In this document: piece by piece, positions 1 to 8,257 of the stretch
How positions within the stretch are numbered: the first letter of the stretch is position 1
Layout: each line of letters opens with the position of its first letter
Position numbers and translations under genes: made by a program
Notes under the pieces: model-generated
Database searches by the model: none
Told to the model about the DNA's origin: nothing
Seen by the model: the letters and a program-made list of their open reading frames with translations, nothing else
Assembly: GCA_003169715.1 (NCBI GenBank)
Contig: PNAR01000205.1
Location: 1 to 40,890, forward strand
Direction: 5' to 3'
From: Acidobacteriaceae bacterium
Lineage (GTDB): Bacteria; Acidobacteriota; Terriglobia; Terriglobales; Acidobacteriaceae
Length of the DNA: 40,890 nucleotides

Positions 1-1836
1 CCAGTGGGCGCGGGCTGCATAGATCCGGCTCGTGAGCTGAAAGTTTGCGGGATCAAATTGAAACACCGAAAGGCTGCCAAACTGGGCGCGCTCCGGATCA
101 AACAGCTGATAATAATAAATCGTGGAGTGTTCCCCGAAAATCCATTTCCGGTCGGGATTTAAATACGTTTGGGGCGGCTTGCCCTTAATCCGGTTCCGCA
201 ACGCGTCCTGCCGCTTATTAGCGCGCGGCAGATAAAACTGGTCAAAGAAGAACAACCCGCCTGCGATCAGAGTTGCGGCAATCAACAAGGGAACGATGAT
301 CCTGTAAACGCTGATCCCCGTAGCCTTCATGGCAGTGATCTCATTCGTCCGCTGCATCAATCCCAATGTGATCAGGACGGCCAAAAGGATTCCGTAATGG
401 CTGATGTTGTAGAGAAAATATGGTGTGACGTTCCACAAATATTCCCCCACCACCACGGGCGAAACGTGATTTCGCAGAATATCTCCGAGCAACTCGAACA
501 GCGTGAATACCAAAAGCAGCATGATAAAAGCAGAGAGCACCAATGCGAGATTTACAAAAAAGTCTCTCAGAACATAGTCATCGAGAAGCATCGGGAAACG
601 TGCGCTGAATACCCGTCGCCGTGACGCGACTCGTTCGAAGGCATCTCTATTGTCGCCATTGCGGGGACTCTTCCTTCTCTCATGCGGTTCCTTCTTGAAG
701 GGATTCCGAATACGCAGTGAACCAATCTCAAAAGGCCGGCGTTCCACTCTCCATAGCAAAAATGCGCCCAGCACGAGAAATACAATGTCCGCGAGCCATA
801 CCCCCAAACCTGGGGGAACCTTCCCCTGTCTGGCCAGAGAAATTCCGAACAAAGATACAAAGTAATAACCGAAAACCAGCAGGATCGTCATCACGAACCC
901 GCTGGACTTGCCTCCCTTTTTCGAGGACAGCCCAAGAGGAATTCCCACCAGCGCCAACACCAGGCACGCCGTTGGCAGAGCGAAGCGGCGATGCAATTCG
1001 ATGTAGTACCAGCGCGAAAGAGCCGGATTCCGTTTCGTTCTAGCCTCAGAAAGCAAGTTCCGCGTGGACAATTGCGTCAGAGGAGCTGGTTCCTGTTCTC
1101 GAACATTTTCCTGTTGAGGTAACGCAATTGGGAAGTCTGTCTGCTGAAAGGTCGAGACCTGGTAGTGATCGGGAGACGCGGCGTCAACTTCGTGCACAGA
1201 GCCATTCGTCAAATGAAGTTGCAGAGTATGCGGACCCTCGCTGATTAAAATTCCTTGCTGCGCCATGGTAATGCGAGGGGCGGATGGATTACTGATATCG
1301 GCGATGAATACGTTCTTCCATATCGCGGCCTTCTGTGCCCCTTTCACATCCTGCACATAAAGGACTAGCTTGGGGAATCCTTCGTAAAAAACCCGGGGCT
1401 GCACTTCAAAAGATACTTGCGACCCCTTCAGCCTGTCCTGTAAGCCACTTAGGGCAGCCTGCGAGCGGGGCACCAGATAGGCTCCGTTGAAAAGTGCCAG
1501 CGCCCATGCGCCAGCAACAAAAATAGAAATGATTGCCAGGAACGACCAGACGCCAATGCCGCTCGCCCGCATCGCCGTGATCTCGCTGTCCGCGGCGAGA
1601 CGGCTCAGCCCAATCAGAATTCCTACGAGGACAGCCATGGGAATGGTGTAGGTGAGCGTGGAAGGCAGGCTTAAGAAAAACACTTCCGCCACCGAAGCCA
1701 GCGGTGCACTATTGCGGATAATCAACTCGAGAATGTGTCCCAAATCGCGCGTAAACAGCACAAACGTGAAGACGCCGAGCCCGATCAAGGCGTGGGAGGT
1801 AACTTCGCGCAAAATATAGCGAGTGAGAATCCGCAT
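1..1836 (-). CDS. lptF/lptG: LPS export ABC permease, LptF-like and LptG-like halves fused in one reading frame (C-terminus runs off the left edge)
   Basis: The minus-strand frame is open from the ATG at 1836-1834 to base 1 (612 codons). It is absent from the ORF track because it has no stop in the window. The hand translation starts MRILTRYILREVTSHALIGLGVFTFVLF and contains ELHRRFALPTACLVLALVGIPLGLSSKKGGKSSGF, the YjgP/YjgQ permease core. After a basic linker (about 50 aa) a second YjgP/YjgQ N-terminus follows: FPMLLDDYVLRDFFVNLALVLS...NEITAMKATGISVYRII. I re-checked the frame codon by codon across the junction at 598-660. Confidence 0.85.
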   Translation of the reverse strand, partial: MRILTRYILREVTSHALIGLGVFTFVLFTRDLGHILELIIRNSAPLASVAEVFFLSLPSTLTYTIPMAVLVGILIGLSRLAADSEITAMRASGIGVWSFLAIISIFVAGAWALALFNGAYLVPRSQAALSGLQDRLKGSQVSFEVQPRVFYEGFPKLVLYVQDVKGAQKAAIWKNVFIADISNPSAPRITMAQQGILISEGPHTLQLHLTNGSVHEVDAASPDHYQVSTFQQTDFPIALPQQENVREQEPAPLTQLSTRNLLSEARTKRNPALSRWYYIELHRRFALPTACLVLALVGIPLGLSSKKGGKSSGFVMTILLVFGYYFVSLFGISLARQGKVPPGLGVWLADIVFLVLGAFLLWRVERRPFEIGSLRIRNPFKKEPHERRKSPRNGDNRDAFERVASRRRVFSARFPMLLDDYVLRDFFVNLALVLSAFIMLLLVFTLFELLGDILRNHVSPVVVGEYLWNVTPYFLYNISHYGILLAVLITLGLMQRTNEITAMKATGISVYRIIVPLLIAATLIAGGLFFFDQFYLPRANKRQDALRNRIKGKPPQTYLNPDRKWIFGEHSTIYYYQLFDPERAQFGSLSVFQFDPANFQLTSRIYAARAHW

Positions 1837-1985
1837 CGGCGGCAGCTTGCAAGGAAGTCTAGCATGTCAAAAGTACTCAGTTTCCCCGTATCCTCCGGAC
1901 GGTGAGCTAGAAAGCACCGTAGAGGTTCGGTGGTTAGTCCAGCGTTGCGCGTCGCGGACTTTTTACTTCTTGAAGCGTCTCGCAA

Positions 1986-4829
1986 ATGCCGCCAGTGTCA
2001 CCACAGTTCTATTACGCTATTGGTCGTATTACCTCCGTAATGTGCACCAAATTGCCCTTACCCATTAACCTGAAGTGGCAATCGGAATTCCGGGAGCCAC
2101 CTATCCTCACCGCCGAAACAACTAAAGGGACCCGCACCGCGTCTGCCCGTGCGTTCATCCATAGCCTCAACATTCTTATTAAGTATGTGCGCCTGTACGG
2201 TTTCGACCATAAGCGCACTACCGGCCAATTTGAAATTACATGGAACGAGTTGCAGCAAGGTCTTCCCAAAGATCGGGATGGAAACTTTCTGCTTGGAGTT
2301 GCGGAAAATCGCCTTCTCCTGGATGGCATTGCTCTCGAGTCCGGACAAGCCGAGCAAAGTTTCGCGAAGTTGCTGACCACCGCCGGCCTGGCGAGCATTC
2401 ATTTTTCCAACCACGTTACCGTTGATGATTTCGCGCAGCTCGTAAAAGCATTCTCGACGGCTGGTTCCAAAGCCCAGGACATCACCAAACAAATCAAAGA
2501 CACTTTTGGAAATAATAAACAGGCCAGCATCAGGATCAACGAAGTGAAGTTCGTTGCGGCCGATCCCGCGACTGGGGATGTCAGTATCGCCGCCCAAATT
2601 GCGGCGCAGTCTCTTGGCCCTGAATTCAAGCAATGGCTAAATGATCCGCAAAAGCTCATGCAGCTAATCGCCGCAGCCGAAGGCGCTCACAACGCAGGCG
2701 CTGGCGGGGGTGGAGGCGGCACCGGACCTAGCATGCCTCCCGGAAGTTTTCCCAACCCATCTCCCGGAGAGCAATCATCCGGCGGCGGAGGTGGTACGGG
2801 GACGGGTACCGGCGGTAACTGGAGCGGCGGCGTAGTTCCCTTGCAAGAGGAAGAAGTCATTCAAGCGATTCGCCTGCTGACCAGGTTCGGCGAAGTGGGC
2901 AGCGATCCTTCCGCGAAAACCGACGCCCTACAGGGCGAAATCAGCAAGACCGACGCCAACACCAAAATTAATCTACAGCTGTTGCTGCAAAGCCTGGCCT
3001 CCACGGTTCCCGCGCAACAGACCGACACGCCTCTTCTAATGAAGGCTGCCGAACACATGGCAATTCGCTTCGCCCTGGAACGCTTCCAAAAAGGTGAAGT
3101 GAAAGTCAACGCGGTCCACCAGATGCTCGAGCACATGAGCCGGCAGATGGACAGCTTGCGCCAGATCCTGCGATTGCAGGAAGACAAAATGAGCAAGGCT
3201 GGCATCCTGGTGGAATCCCACGCCGACATTCTTGATCGAATGTTCTGGGCCGAGGTTCCCGACGCTGGCAAGAAAAGCGTGCTGCTGTCCGACGAAGCGC
3301 CCTGCGTCCCCGCTCGTAACGTACGACAATTCGTAGAGCTCCTGCTCGACCGGGACGAGAAAGAAACAGCTTCGGACATTCTGCGGAACTATGCATCGTG
3401 CCTGAACGCCAAAGATCCTGAGCCTCGCCGCAAGATTGCCACCGGTATCGGTCAACTCGCCGATCTCTTTGCCAGTTCGGATGAAAAACTGCTGGGGGCT
3501 ACTGTTCGCGCCCTCGCCGACGCTCTGGTTAAGGAACCGGATTCGGAGATGCAGAGCCTCTTGAGCGCGGCCTTCGTCCGCATGAGTTCTGAAGCAAGCG
3601 CACAAAAGCGCTATTCCGCGCTAAACGAAGTTTGTGACGCGATGGACACGGTCGCAAAACAGCGTCCTGTACTCGCCGATGATTTGCGTCCGCGCATCGG
3701 TATCGAAAATCGCTTGCCTGAATTTCTCGAAGAAGCGCTCCGTCTGCCGCAAGTTCCGCCTGAGTTGGTCATGGTATTGCGCCGCACATCGCAGGCTGCC
3801 ATTGAGCATCTCGCCGATCGCTTTTTCCGCTGCATGCGTCGTGATGAATGCGACCGCATGGTGAATCTCGTTAAAGATCTGGGACCTCCGGGAATGGCGC
3901 ACTTGCGCGAGATGTTGCGCATGGGGCCGCCACGTCAGGCCTCGTCAGTGATTGGTTTGCTCAGCCGCCTCGATGTTCCAACATTGTTGGAACTGCTGCC
4001 AACCCGCCTGCCCGAGTGGAATCGCTTTTATCACGATTTGGTCGTCCGCCAGATTGCGTATGGCGCCGCTCCAGATCGCGGGCGCTCACTGCTGGAGCTT
4101 CTGGAAATTCTCGATCCGCTGGTGTTGCCACAGGCCCTCGATGAGATTGGCATGAGTGGCGACAGATCGGCAGTTCCGCCGCTGATCGTGATGGCGGAGT
4201 CCGGAGAAACCGAAGGCCGCTCTCCATTGCTTCAACTAAAAGCTGTGGAATCTCTGGGAAGACTGCGTGAAGGCGACTCGATCACGGTTCTTCGAAATCT
4301 GCTCGAAGCGAAGAAAATGTGGAAGTGGATCCATCCGCGCGAATTGAGAATTGCGGCCGCGCAAGCGCTCACCAAGATTGACCCGACTTATAGCAGCAAA
4401 ATTATGGCGGAAAGCGGCTTGGAGCCTGCGGAGCTCGCGGTGGCAGCCCTTGACGCCGCCCCAGCCTGCCCGTGGGTACGGCAGCGGCGATATGAACGCA
4501 TTGCGCTGAGAAAACCGATTTCCGCGACCATTAGCAGTTCATGGGGAAAATCGGGCATCTCGGTTCACGAACTCAGTCTGGGCGGCGGGATGGGCACCAA
4601 GCAAGACAATCTCCGTGTCGGCTCGGAAGCTTCTCTCGATATGAAGGTTGGCATGAGCCACATCCGCGCCGACGTATTGTTGCGCCGCGCCAGGGTGAAT
4701 GAAGTAGGATTCGAAATCGTAAATACCGATCTCGAAAGCCGCTATCGCCTGCGCCGCATTCTGCTCGAAACCATGGGCAACACTCCCGACGAAAAGAAAG
4801 AGGAGTGGAGCGATATCCGGAAGAGCTGA
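1986..4829 (+). CDS. Large multidomain protein: unknown N-terminal domain, Gly-rich linker, HEAT-like helical repeats, C-terminal PilZ (c-di-GMP-binding) domain
   Basis: 947-aa ORF. The C-terminus has the PilZ signature RQRRYERIAL (RxxxR) followed by HELSLGGGMG (D/NxSxxG-like). HEAT/PBS-lyase-like repeats include LLQLKAVESLGRLREGDSITVLRNLLE and RELRIAAAQALTKIDP. A low-complexity GAGGGGGGTGPS...GGGGGTGTGTGG linker lies at about nt 2690-2830. The start is uncertain; an alternative ATG is at 2040. Confidence 0.75.
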   Translation: MPPVSPQFYYAIGRITSVMCTKLPLPINLKWQSEFREPPILTAETTKGTRTASARAFIHSLNILIKYVRLYGFDHKRTTGQFEITWNELQQGLPKDRDGNFLLGVAENRLLLDGIALESGQAEQSFAKLLTTAGLASIHFSNHVTVDDFAQLVKAFSTAGSKAQDITKQIKDTFGNNKQASIRINEVKFVAADPATGDVSIAAQIAAQSLGPEFKQWLNDPQKLMQLIAAAEGAHNAGAGGGGGGTGPSMPPGSFPNPSPGEQSSGGGGGTGTGTGGNWSGGVVPLQEEEVIQAIRLLTRFGEVGSDPSAKTDALQGEISKTDANTKINLQLLLQSLASTVPAQQTDTPLLMKAAEHMAIRFALERFQKGEVKVNAVHQMLEHMSRQMDSLRQILRLQEDKMSKAGILVESHADILDRMFWAEVPDAGKKSVLLSDEAPCVPARNVRQFVELLLDRDEKETASDILRNYASCLNAKDPEPRRKIATGIGQLADLFASSDEKLLGATVRALADALVKEPDSEMQSLLSAAFVRMSSEASAQKRYSALNEVCDAMDTVAKQRPVLADDLRPRIGIENRLPEFLEEALRLPQVPPELVMVLRRTSQAAIEHLADRFFRCMRRDECDRMVNLVKDLGPPGMAHLREMLRMGPPRQASSVIGLLSRLDVPTLLELLPTRLPEWNRFYHDLVVRQIAYGAAPDRGRSLLELLEILDPLVLPQALDEIGMSGDRSAVPPLIVMAESGETEGRSPLLQLKAVESLGRLREGDSITVLRNLLEAKKMWKWIHPRELRIAAAQALTKIDPTYSSKIMAESGLEPAELAVAALDAAPACPWVRQRRYERIALRKPISATISSSWGKSGISVHELSLGGGMGTKQDNLRVGSEASLDMKVGMSHIRADVLLRRARVNEVGFEIVNTDLESRYRLRRILLETMGNTPDEKKEEWSDIRKS

Positions 4830-4844
4830 CCCCTCTTAAGCAAT

Positions 4845-4874
4845 AAAAAGCCTCTACCAGCTTAGAGGCTTTTT
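4845..4874. terminator. Bidirectional intrinsic terminator between the convergent PilZ-protein gene and atpE
   Basis: AAAAAGCCTCTA (4845-4856), loop CCAGCT, TAGAGGCTTTTT (4863-4874). This is a perfect 12-bp stem with a GC core, an A-tract on one side and a T-tract on the other. Confidence 0.8.
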
Positions 4875-4890
4875 CTTTGCAGATCGTGAA

Positions 4891-5196
4891 TTACTTCACC
4901 TTTACGATGATGATCGCCAGCGTGTAAAGCGCCAACGACTCGATCAAGGCCAGACCGAGAATCAGCGCGAAAGAAATTCCAGGACGCGCAGCAGGGTTTC
5001 TCGCCAACGCTTCCGTAGCCGCCGCCGTCGCCCGCCCCTGCCCAATCCCACAACCAGCAGACGCAATCGCCATGGAAAATCCCGCGCTAAGCGCAACCCA
5101 ATTCACCGGATTCGAAGTGCCTCCACCCTGTGCGAATGCCGGTACCGCAAAGCACATGACCGCCAGCACCATAAATACATAACTCATTACACGCAT
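4891..5196 (-). CDS. atpE: F-type ATP synthase subunit c with an N-terminal hydrophobic extension
   Basis: Contains GCGIGQGRATAAATEALARNPAARPGISFALILGLALIESLALYTLAIIIV, i.e. the GxGxGxG helix 1, polar loop, and carboxylate Glu in helix 2. I place the start at the ATG at 5196 (MRVMSY) because AGGAGA lies 5-6 nt upstream. The track ORF extends to 5256. Confidence 0.9.
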   Translation of the reverse strand: MRVMSYVFMVLAVMCFAVPAFAQGGGTSNPVNWVALSAGFSMAIASAGCGIGQGRATAAATEALARNPAARPGISFALILGLALIESLALYTLAIIIVKVK

Positions 5197-5284
5197 TGTC
5201 GTCTCCTCTTCCTTTTTATGAAATTCCGCCAGTGGGTGGTTGACGTTACCGTGCAAACGCCCTCACGCTGAACGGATGTAACAA

Positions 5285-5464
5285 CAGTTTCGAGTGTCAG
5301 GTTTCGGGTTTCAAGTAAAAGGCTGAAAGTTTAAAAATGGCCCCTCGAAAACTCCAAACTGGGAACTAAGAACTGCTTTTCTATCTTTCGGTTTCCCTTT
5401 TTAGAGTCCATGCTTAACCCTCGAAACCGGCCGCTCGAAACTTGACACTTGACACTTGAAACTG
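5285..5464 (-). repeat. Inverted-repeat-bounded, GTTTCRAG-rich element filling the atpB-atpE spacer
   Basis: 5285-5301 CAGTTTCGAGTGTCAGG matches the reverse complement of 5448-5464 (CAGTTTCAAGTGTCAAG) at 15 of 17 positions. The octamer GTTTCRAG/CTYGAAAC recurs at least 6 times in both orientations between 5288 and 5462. CCCTCGAAA occurs twice (5342, 5418). Confidence 0.6.
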
Positions 5465-5467
5465 CAC

Positions 5468-6268
5468 TCAGTGCTCTTCCGCAACGGCTCCGGCCAGATA
5501 CACCGTCGTCAGGAGCACAAAAATGTATGTTTGAAGCAGCGCCACAAAAATGTGTAACCCCAGAAAAATGATGGGGACCCCGATCGCGACCATGGAAAAA
5601 AATGCCATGATTACCAGGTCCCCGGCAAACATATTGGCCCAAAGCCGGATGGTGAGCGAAAGCACGCGAGCCATGTGACTGATAATCTCGATCGGCAGCA
5701 TGAGCACCGCCAGCGGAATGCGAATTGCCCACGGGATACTCGAATCGGACGGCCCCAGGAAATGCGCCGCGTAGTGAACCAGACCCTTTTTGCGGATCCC
5801 CTGCGCGTGGTAATACAAAAACGCAAGAATCGCGCAGCCAAATGGTACTTCCGCCGACGCCGTAGGCGACTCAAATCCCGGAATCAGACCAATCAAATTC
5901 GAAATCAAAATAAACAGCATCAATGCAGCAAGAAACGGTGTGAATCCTTCGCTATGATGTCCAATAATCTCCTCGCTCTGCCCGTTCACGAAACCATGCA
6001 GCGCTTCAAAAGTATGTTGAACTCCTCCTGGACTTTCGACCGAAAGGCGCGTCCGCAGTAGGACAAACATCAATACCAGGAAAAGAAAAACCAATAATTC
6101 CATCGAGAACGCATTGGTAATCGGAGCCTGCGGATATTTAGGCTCAATATGCAATGCCCGCAACAAGTCGTCCACCGGACCAGCGAAAAAGCGATTCAGT
6201 ATCTCCGTAAACCAAAGTTGTTCAGGCATAGGAAAAACGCTGCTGGCCTCTAGCTTCTGGCTAGTCAA
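5468..6268 (-). CDS. atpB: F-type ATP synthase subunit a
   Basis: 266-aa polytopic membrane ORF with the conserved stator-arginine region ARVLSLTIRLWANMFAGDLV. It lies directly upstream of atpE. Confidence 0.9.
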   Translation of the reverse strand: MTSQKLEASSVFPMPEQLWFTEILNRFFAGPVDDLLRALHIEPKYPQAPITNAFSMELLVFLFLVLMFVLLRTRLSVESPGGVQHTFEALHGFVNGQSEEIIGHHSEGFTPFLAALMLFILISNLIGLIPGFESPTASAEVPFGCAILAFLYYHAQGIRKKGLVHYAAHFLGPSDSSIPWAIRIPLAVLMLPIEIISHMARVLSLTIRLWANMFAGDLVIMAFFSMVAIGVPIIFLGLHIFVALLQTYIFVLLTTVYLAGAVAEEH

Positions 6269-6291
6269 GGCAAATAACTATTTTGACGTCA

Positions 6292-6319
6292 TCCTGAGGG
6301 CCTTCAGGCCCGAAGGATC
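6292..6319. repeat. REP-like interrupted hairpin in the atpI-atpB spacer
   Basis: ATCCT-ga-GGGCC-ttca-GGCCC-ga-AGGAT, with two nested 5-bp stems. Confidence 0.55.
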
Positions 6320-6346
6320 TTGTGCGCTGCGGCACAACCCTAACCC

Positions 6347-6793
6347 CTAAATCCCGCGCGCCAACGCCATGTACAACTCGTACGCGGCCTCGCACAAAAT
6401 CGCCGCTACGGGCAGGAATAATCCCACCAAAAACCCATGAAGACTCGCCGGATAACTCGTCAGAATAACATAGGCCGCGCAAGCCACCGCCAGATAGCGC
6501 AGCACAAAACGCACCACGATTCCCTTTCCTGACTGACGATTCCCCGACACGACCGTGCGCTCGACAACTCCGCCCACTACTCGCTTCAATAAATGGAAAT
6601 TCGCGTATCCGATGCCACTTCCGCAAGCGAAACCAGCTGCAATCCGCCAGCCCAGAAGCATCCATGCGGCAGCAGCAAATCCGATCCCAAGCACAATCAT
6701 CCCACGCTGAATGCGCTCAAGCGCCCCCACATGAAACGATTCGTCAGTAATATCCAAAATCATGCGCGTGTTTGGGTTCTGTGGTGCGGACAC
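6347..6793 (-). CDS. atpI: Small membrane protein, ATP synthase protein I (AtpI)-like
   Basis: 148-aa ORF with 3-4 hydrophobic helices immediately upstream of atpB, the position AtpI occupies in F-type operons. The assignment rests on position and topology only. Confidence 0.55.
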   Translation of the reverse strand: MSAPQNPNTRMILDITDESFHVGALERIQRGMIVLGIGFAAAAWMLLGWRIAAGFACGSGIGYANFHLLKRVVGGVVERTVVSGNRQSGKGIVVRFVLRYLAVACAAYVILTSYPASLHGFLVGLFLPVAAILCEAAYELYMALARGI

Positions 6794-6823
6794 TCCTGTC
6801 CGCAGCCTTTGACTTATGCCCTA

Positions 6824-8065
6824 CTAGCTCTTCCCTTTCCCCGGCAAGCCCGCAGGATTCTCATGCGTCCGCTCACGGAACCCGCCTCTCATTCCTCCCG
6901 CCAGCGAAACGCTGGTCTCTCCAAACTTATCCCGCAGCCGGTCCGCAGCCGACAATGCCTGTTGCCATTTCTGCCGGCGTCCGTCTTCCAGCAAATCGCC
7001 CTGCCCGGCCATCTCTTCAAACCCAGACACATGCACGCCCAACAAACGTATCTCCGCATTCTTTTTCCAATTGTTGCGGAATAGCGCCCTAACCTGCTCG
7101 AAGATCTCTGTATCCAGTTGCGTCGGAGACGCCAAAGTATGCGCTCGCGTGATCGTAGAGAAATCCTTATACCGCAGCTTGAGTTGAATTGTTCGCGCAT
7201 ACGACCCATGCTCTCGTAACCGCCGGCCCACCATTTCCGACAGTCGCATCAGCGTAGATTCAAGCTGCGCCGGATCGCTCGTATCTTCGTTATAGGTGTG
7301 TTCATGGCTGATTGATTTCGGATCAACATCCGCGCCCACCTCGCTGTCAAACCATCCTCCCGCATCCTCACCGCGAGACTTTCCAGCCAGCGCCAATCCC
7401 CATTTTCCGAACCGTTCTTCAAGGAATGAGGTTTCAAACCGCGCAAAATCGCCCACCTTGCGGATGCCAAGGTCATTTAAATTCTTCTCCGTAACTTTCC
7501 CGACGCCCGGGATGTCGCGGACATCCAGCGGGGCAAGAAATTTCGCCTCGCATCCTGGGATGACCCAGAGCACCCCATGAGGCTTCGCCTTCGCCGACGA
7601 AACTTTAGCCACCAGCCGCGAGCTACCAATTCCTATCGAGCAATTCAGCTGGGTCTCCGCTTTCATCTTCTGATGCAGCCGATGGGCCGCATCCAGCACC
7701 GGCCCGTGCAGCCGCTCTGTGCCCGTCATGTCCAGATACGCTTCGTCAATCGAGGCCATTTCAACCAGCGGCGTGAACGAACCAAGCACTCCATACACTC
7801 GCTCGGAATATTGCCGATAGCGGTCAGGATGCCCATCCACAAAAATGGCCTGCGGACATAGCTTCGCCGCCGTCCGCAGCGGCATCGCCGAATGTACCCC
7901 AAACTTGCGCGCCTCATAAGACGCAGCAGAAACCACTCCGCGCTCGTGGCGCTGACCACCCACGACAACAGCCTTCCCCTTCAACTCAGGATCAAACAAC
8001 TCTTCCACCGACACGAAAAACGCGTCCATATCAACGTGAAAAATAGTCCTGGAAAAAACGGGCAT
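6824..8065 (-). CDS. dinB: DNA polymerase IV (Y-family translesion polymerase)
   Basis: N-terminus IFHVDMDAFFVSVEELFDPELKGKAVVVGG plus SIDEAYLDMTG and a DIPGVGKVTEKNL HhH-like motif, at 413 aa. Confidence 0.9.
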   Translation of the reverse strand: MPVFSRTIFHVDMDAFFVSVEELFDPELKGKAVVVGGQRHERGVVSAASYEARKFGVHSAMPLRTAAKLCPQAIFVDGHPDRYRQYSERVYGVLGSFTPLVEMASIDEAYLDMTGTERLHGPVLDAAHRLHQKMKAETQLNCSIGIGSSRLVAKVSSAKAKPHGVLWVIPGCEAKFLAPLDVRDIPGVGKVTEKNLNDLGIRKVGDFARFETSFLEERFGKWGLALAGKSRGEDAGGWFDSEVGADVDPKSISHEHTYNEDTSDPAQLESTLMRLSEMVGRRLREHGSYARTIQLKLRYKDFSTITRAHTLASPTQLDTEIFEQVRALFRNNWKKNAEIRLLGVHVSGFEEMAGQGDLLEDGRRQKWQQALSAADRLRDKFGETSVSLAGGMRGGFRERTHENPAGLPGKGKS

Positions 8066-8165
8066 GGGGAGTACTGGGATCGTGGCTGAATTCTATCAGC
8101 GGGTTATATAACGCGGACGCTCTTCTTCTTGCTTTTTTTCAACACCATTAAAAACTTAGGGTGCC

Positions 8166-8194
8166 CCATCCTTGCGCGATTTTCGCAAGGGTGG
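8166..8194. repeat. REP-like hairpin (CCTTGCG...CGCAAGG family) downstream of glgA
   Basis: CCATCCTTGCG-cgatttt-CGCAAGGGTGG, an 11-bp stem with one G:T pair. A related copy is at 18889-18907. Confidence 0.6.
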
Positions 8195-8257
8195 GCGGCG
8201 AGACTCCCGGAACAGATTCAGTTAGGCGGCCACCTGGAACGAATTGCTCGTCAGCCC

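Noticed and set aside
169-1043. Plus-strand ORFs (151, 108 and 71 aa) at the left end
   Set aside because: They lie opposite the continuous LptF-LptG frame, which has clear family motifs. They are shadow ORFs.
2012-3922. Several 90-190-aa minus-strand and off-frame ORFs inside the PilZ-protein gene
   Set aside because: All are nested in one long uninterrupted plus-strand ORF with recognisable C-terminal domains. Their composition is typical of shadow frames.
4891-6793. Possibility that the atp genes belong to an N-type (Na+) ATPase operon
   Set aside because: The order here is I-like, a, c, followed by a terminator. The N-ATPase order as I recall it (atpD-C-Q-R-B-E-F-A-G) would place beta/epsilon and AtpQ/AtpR upstream, and dinB is upstream instead.
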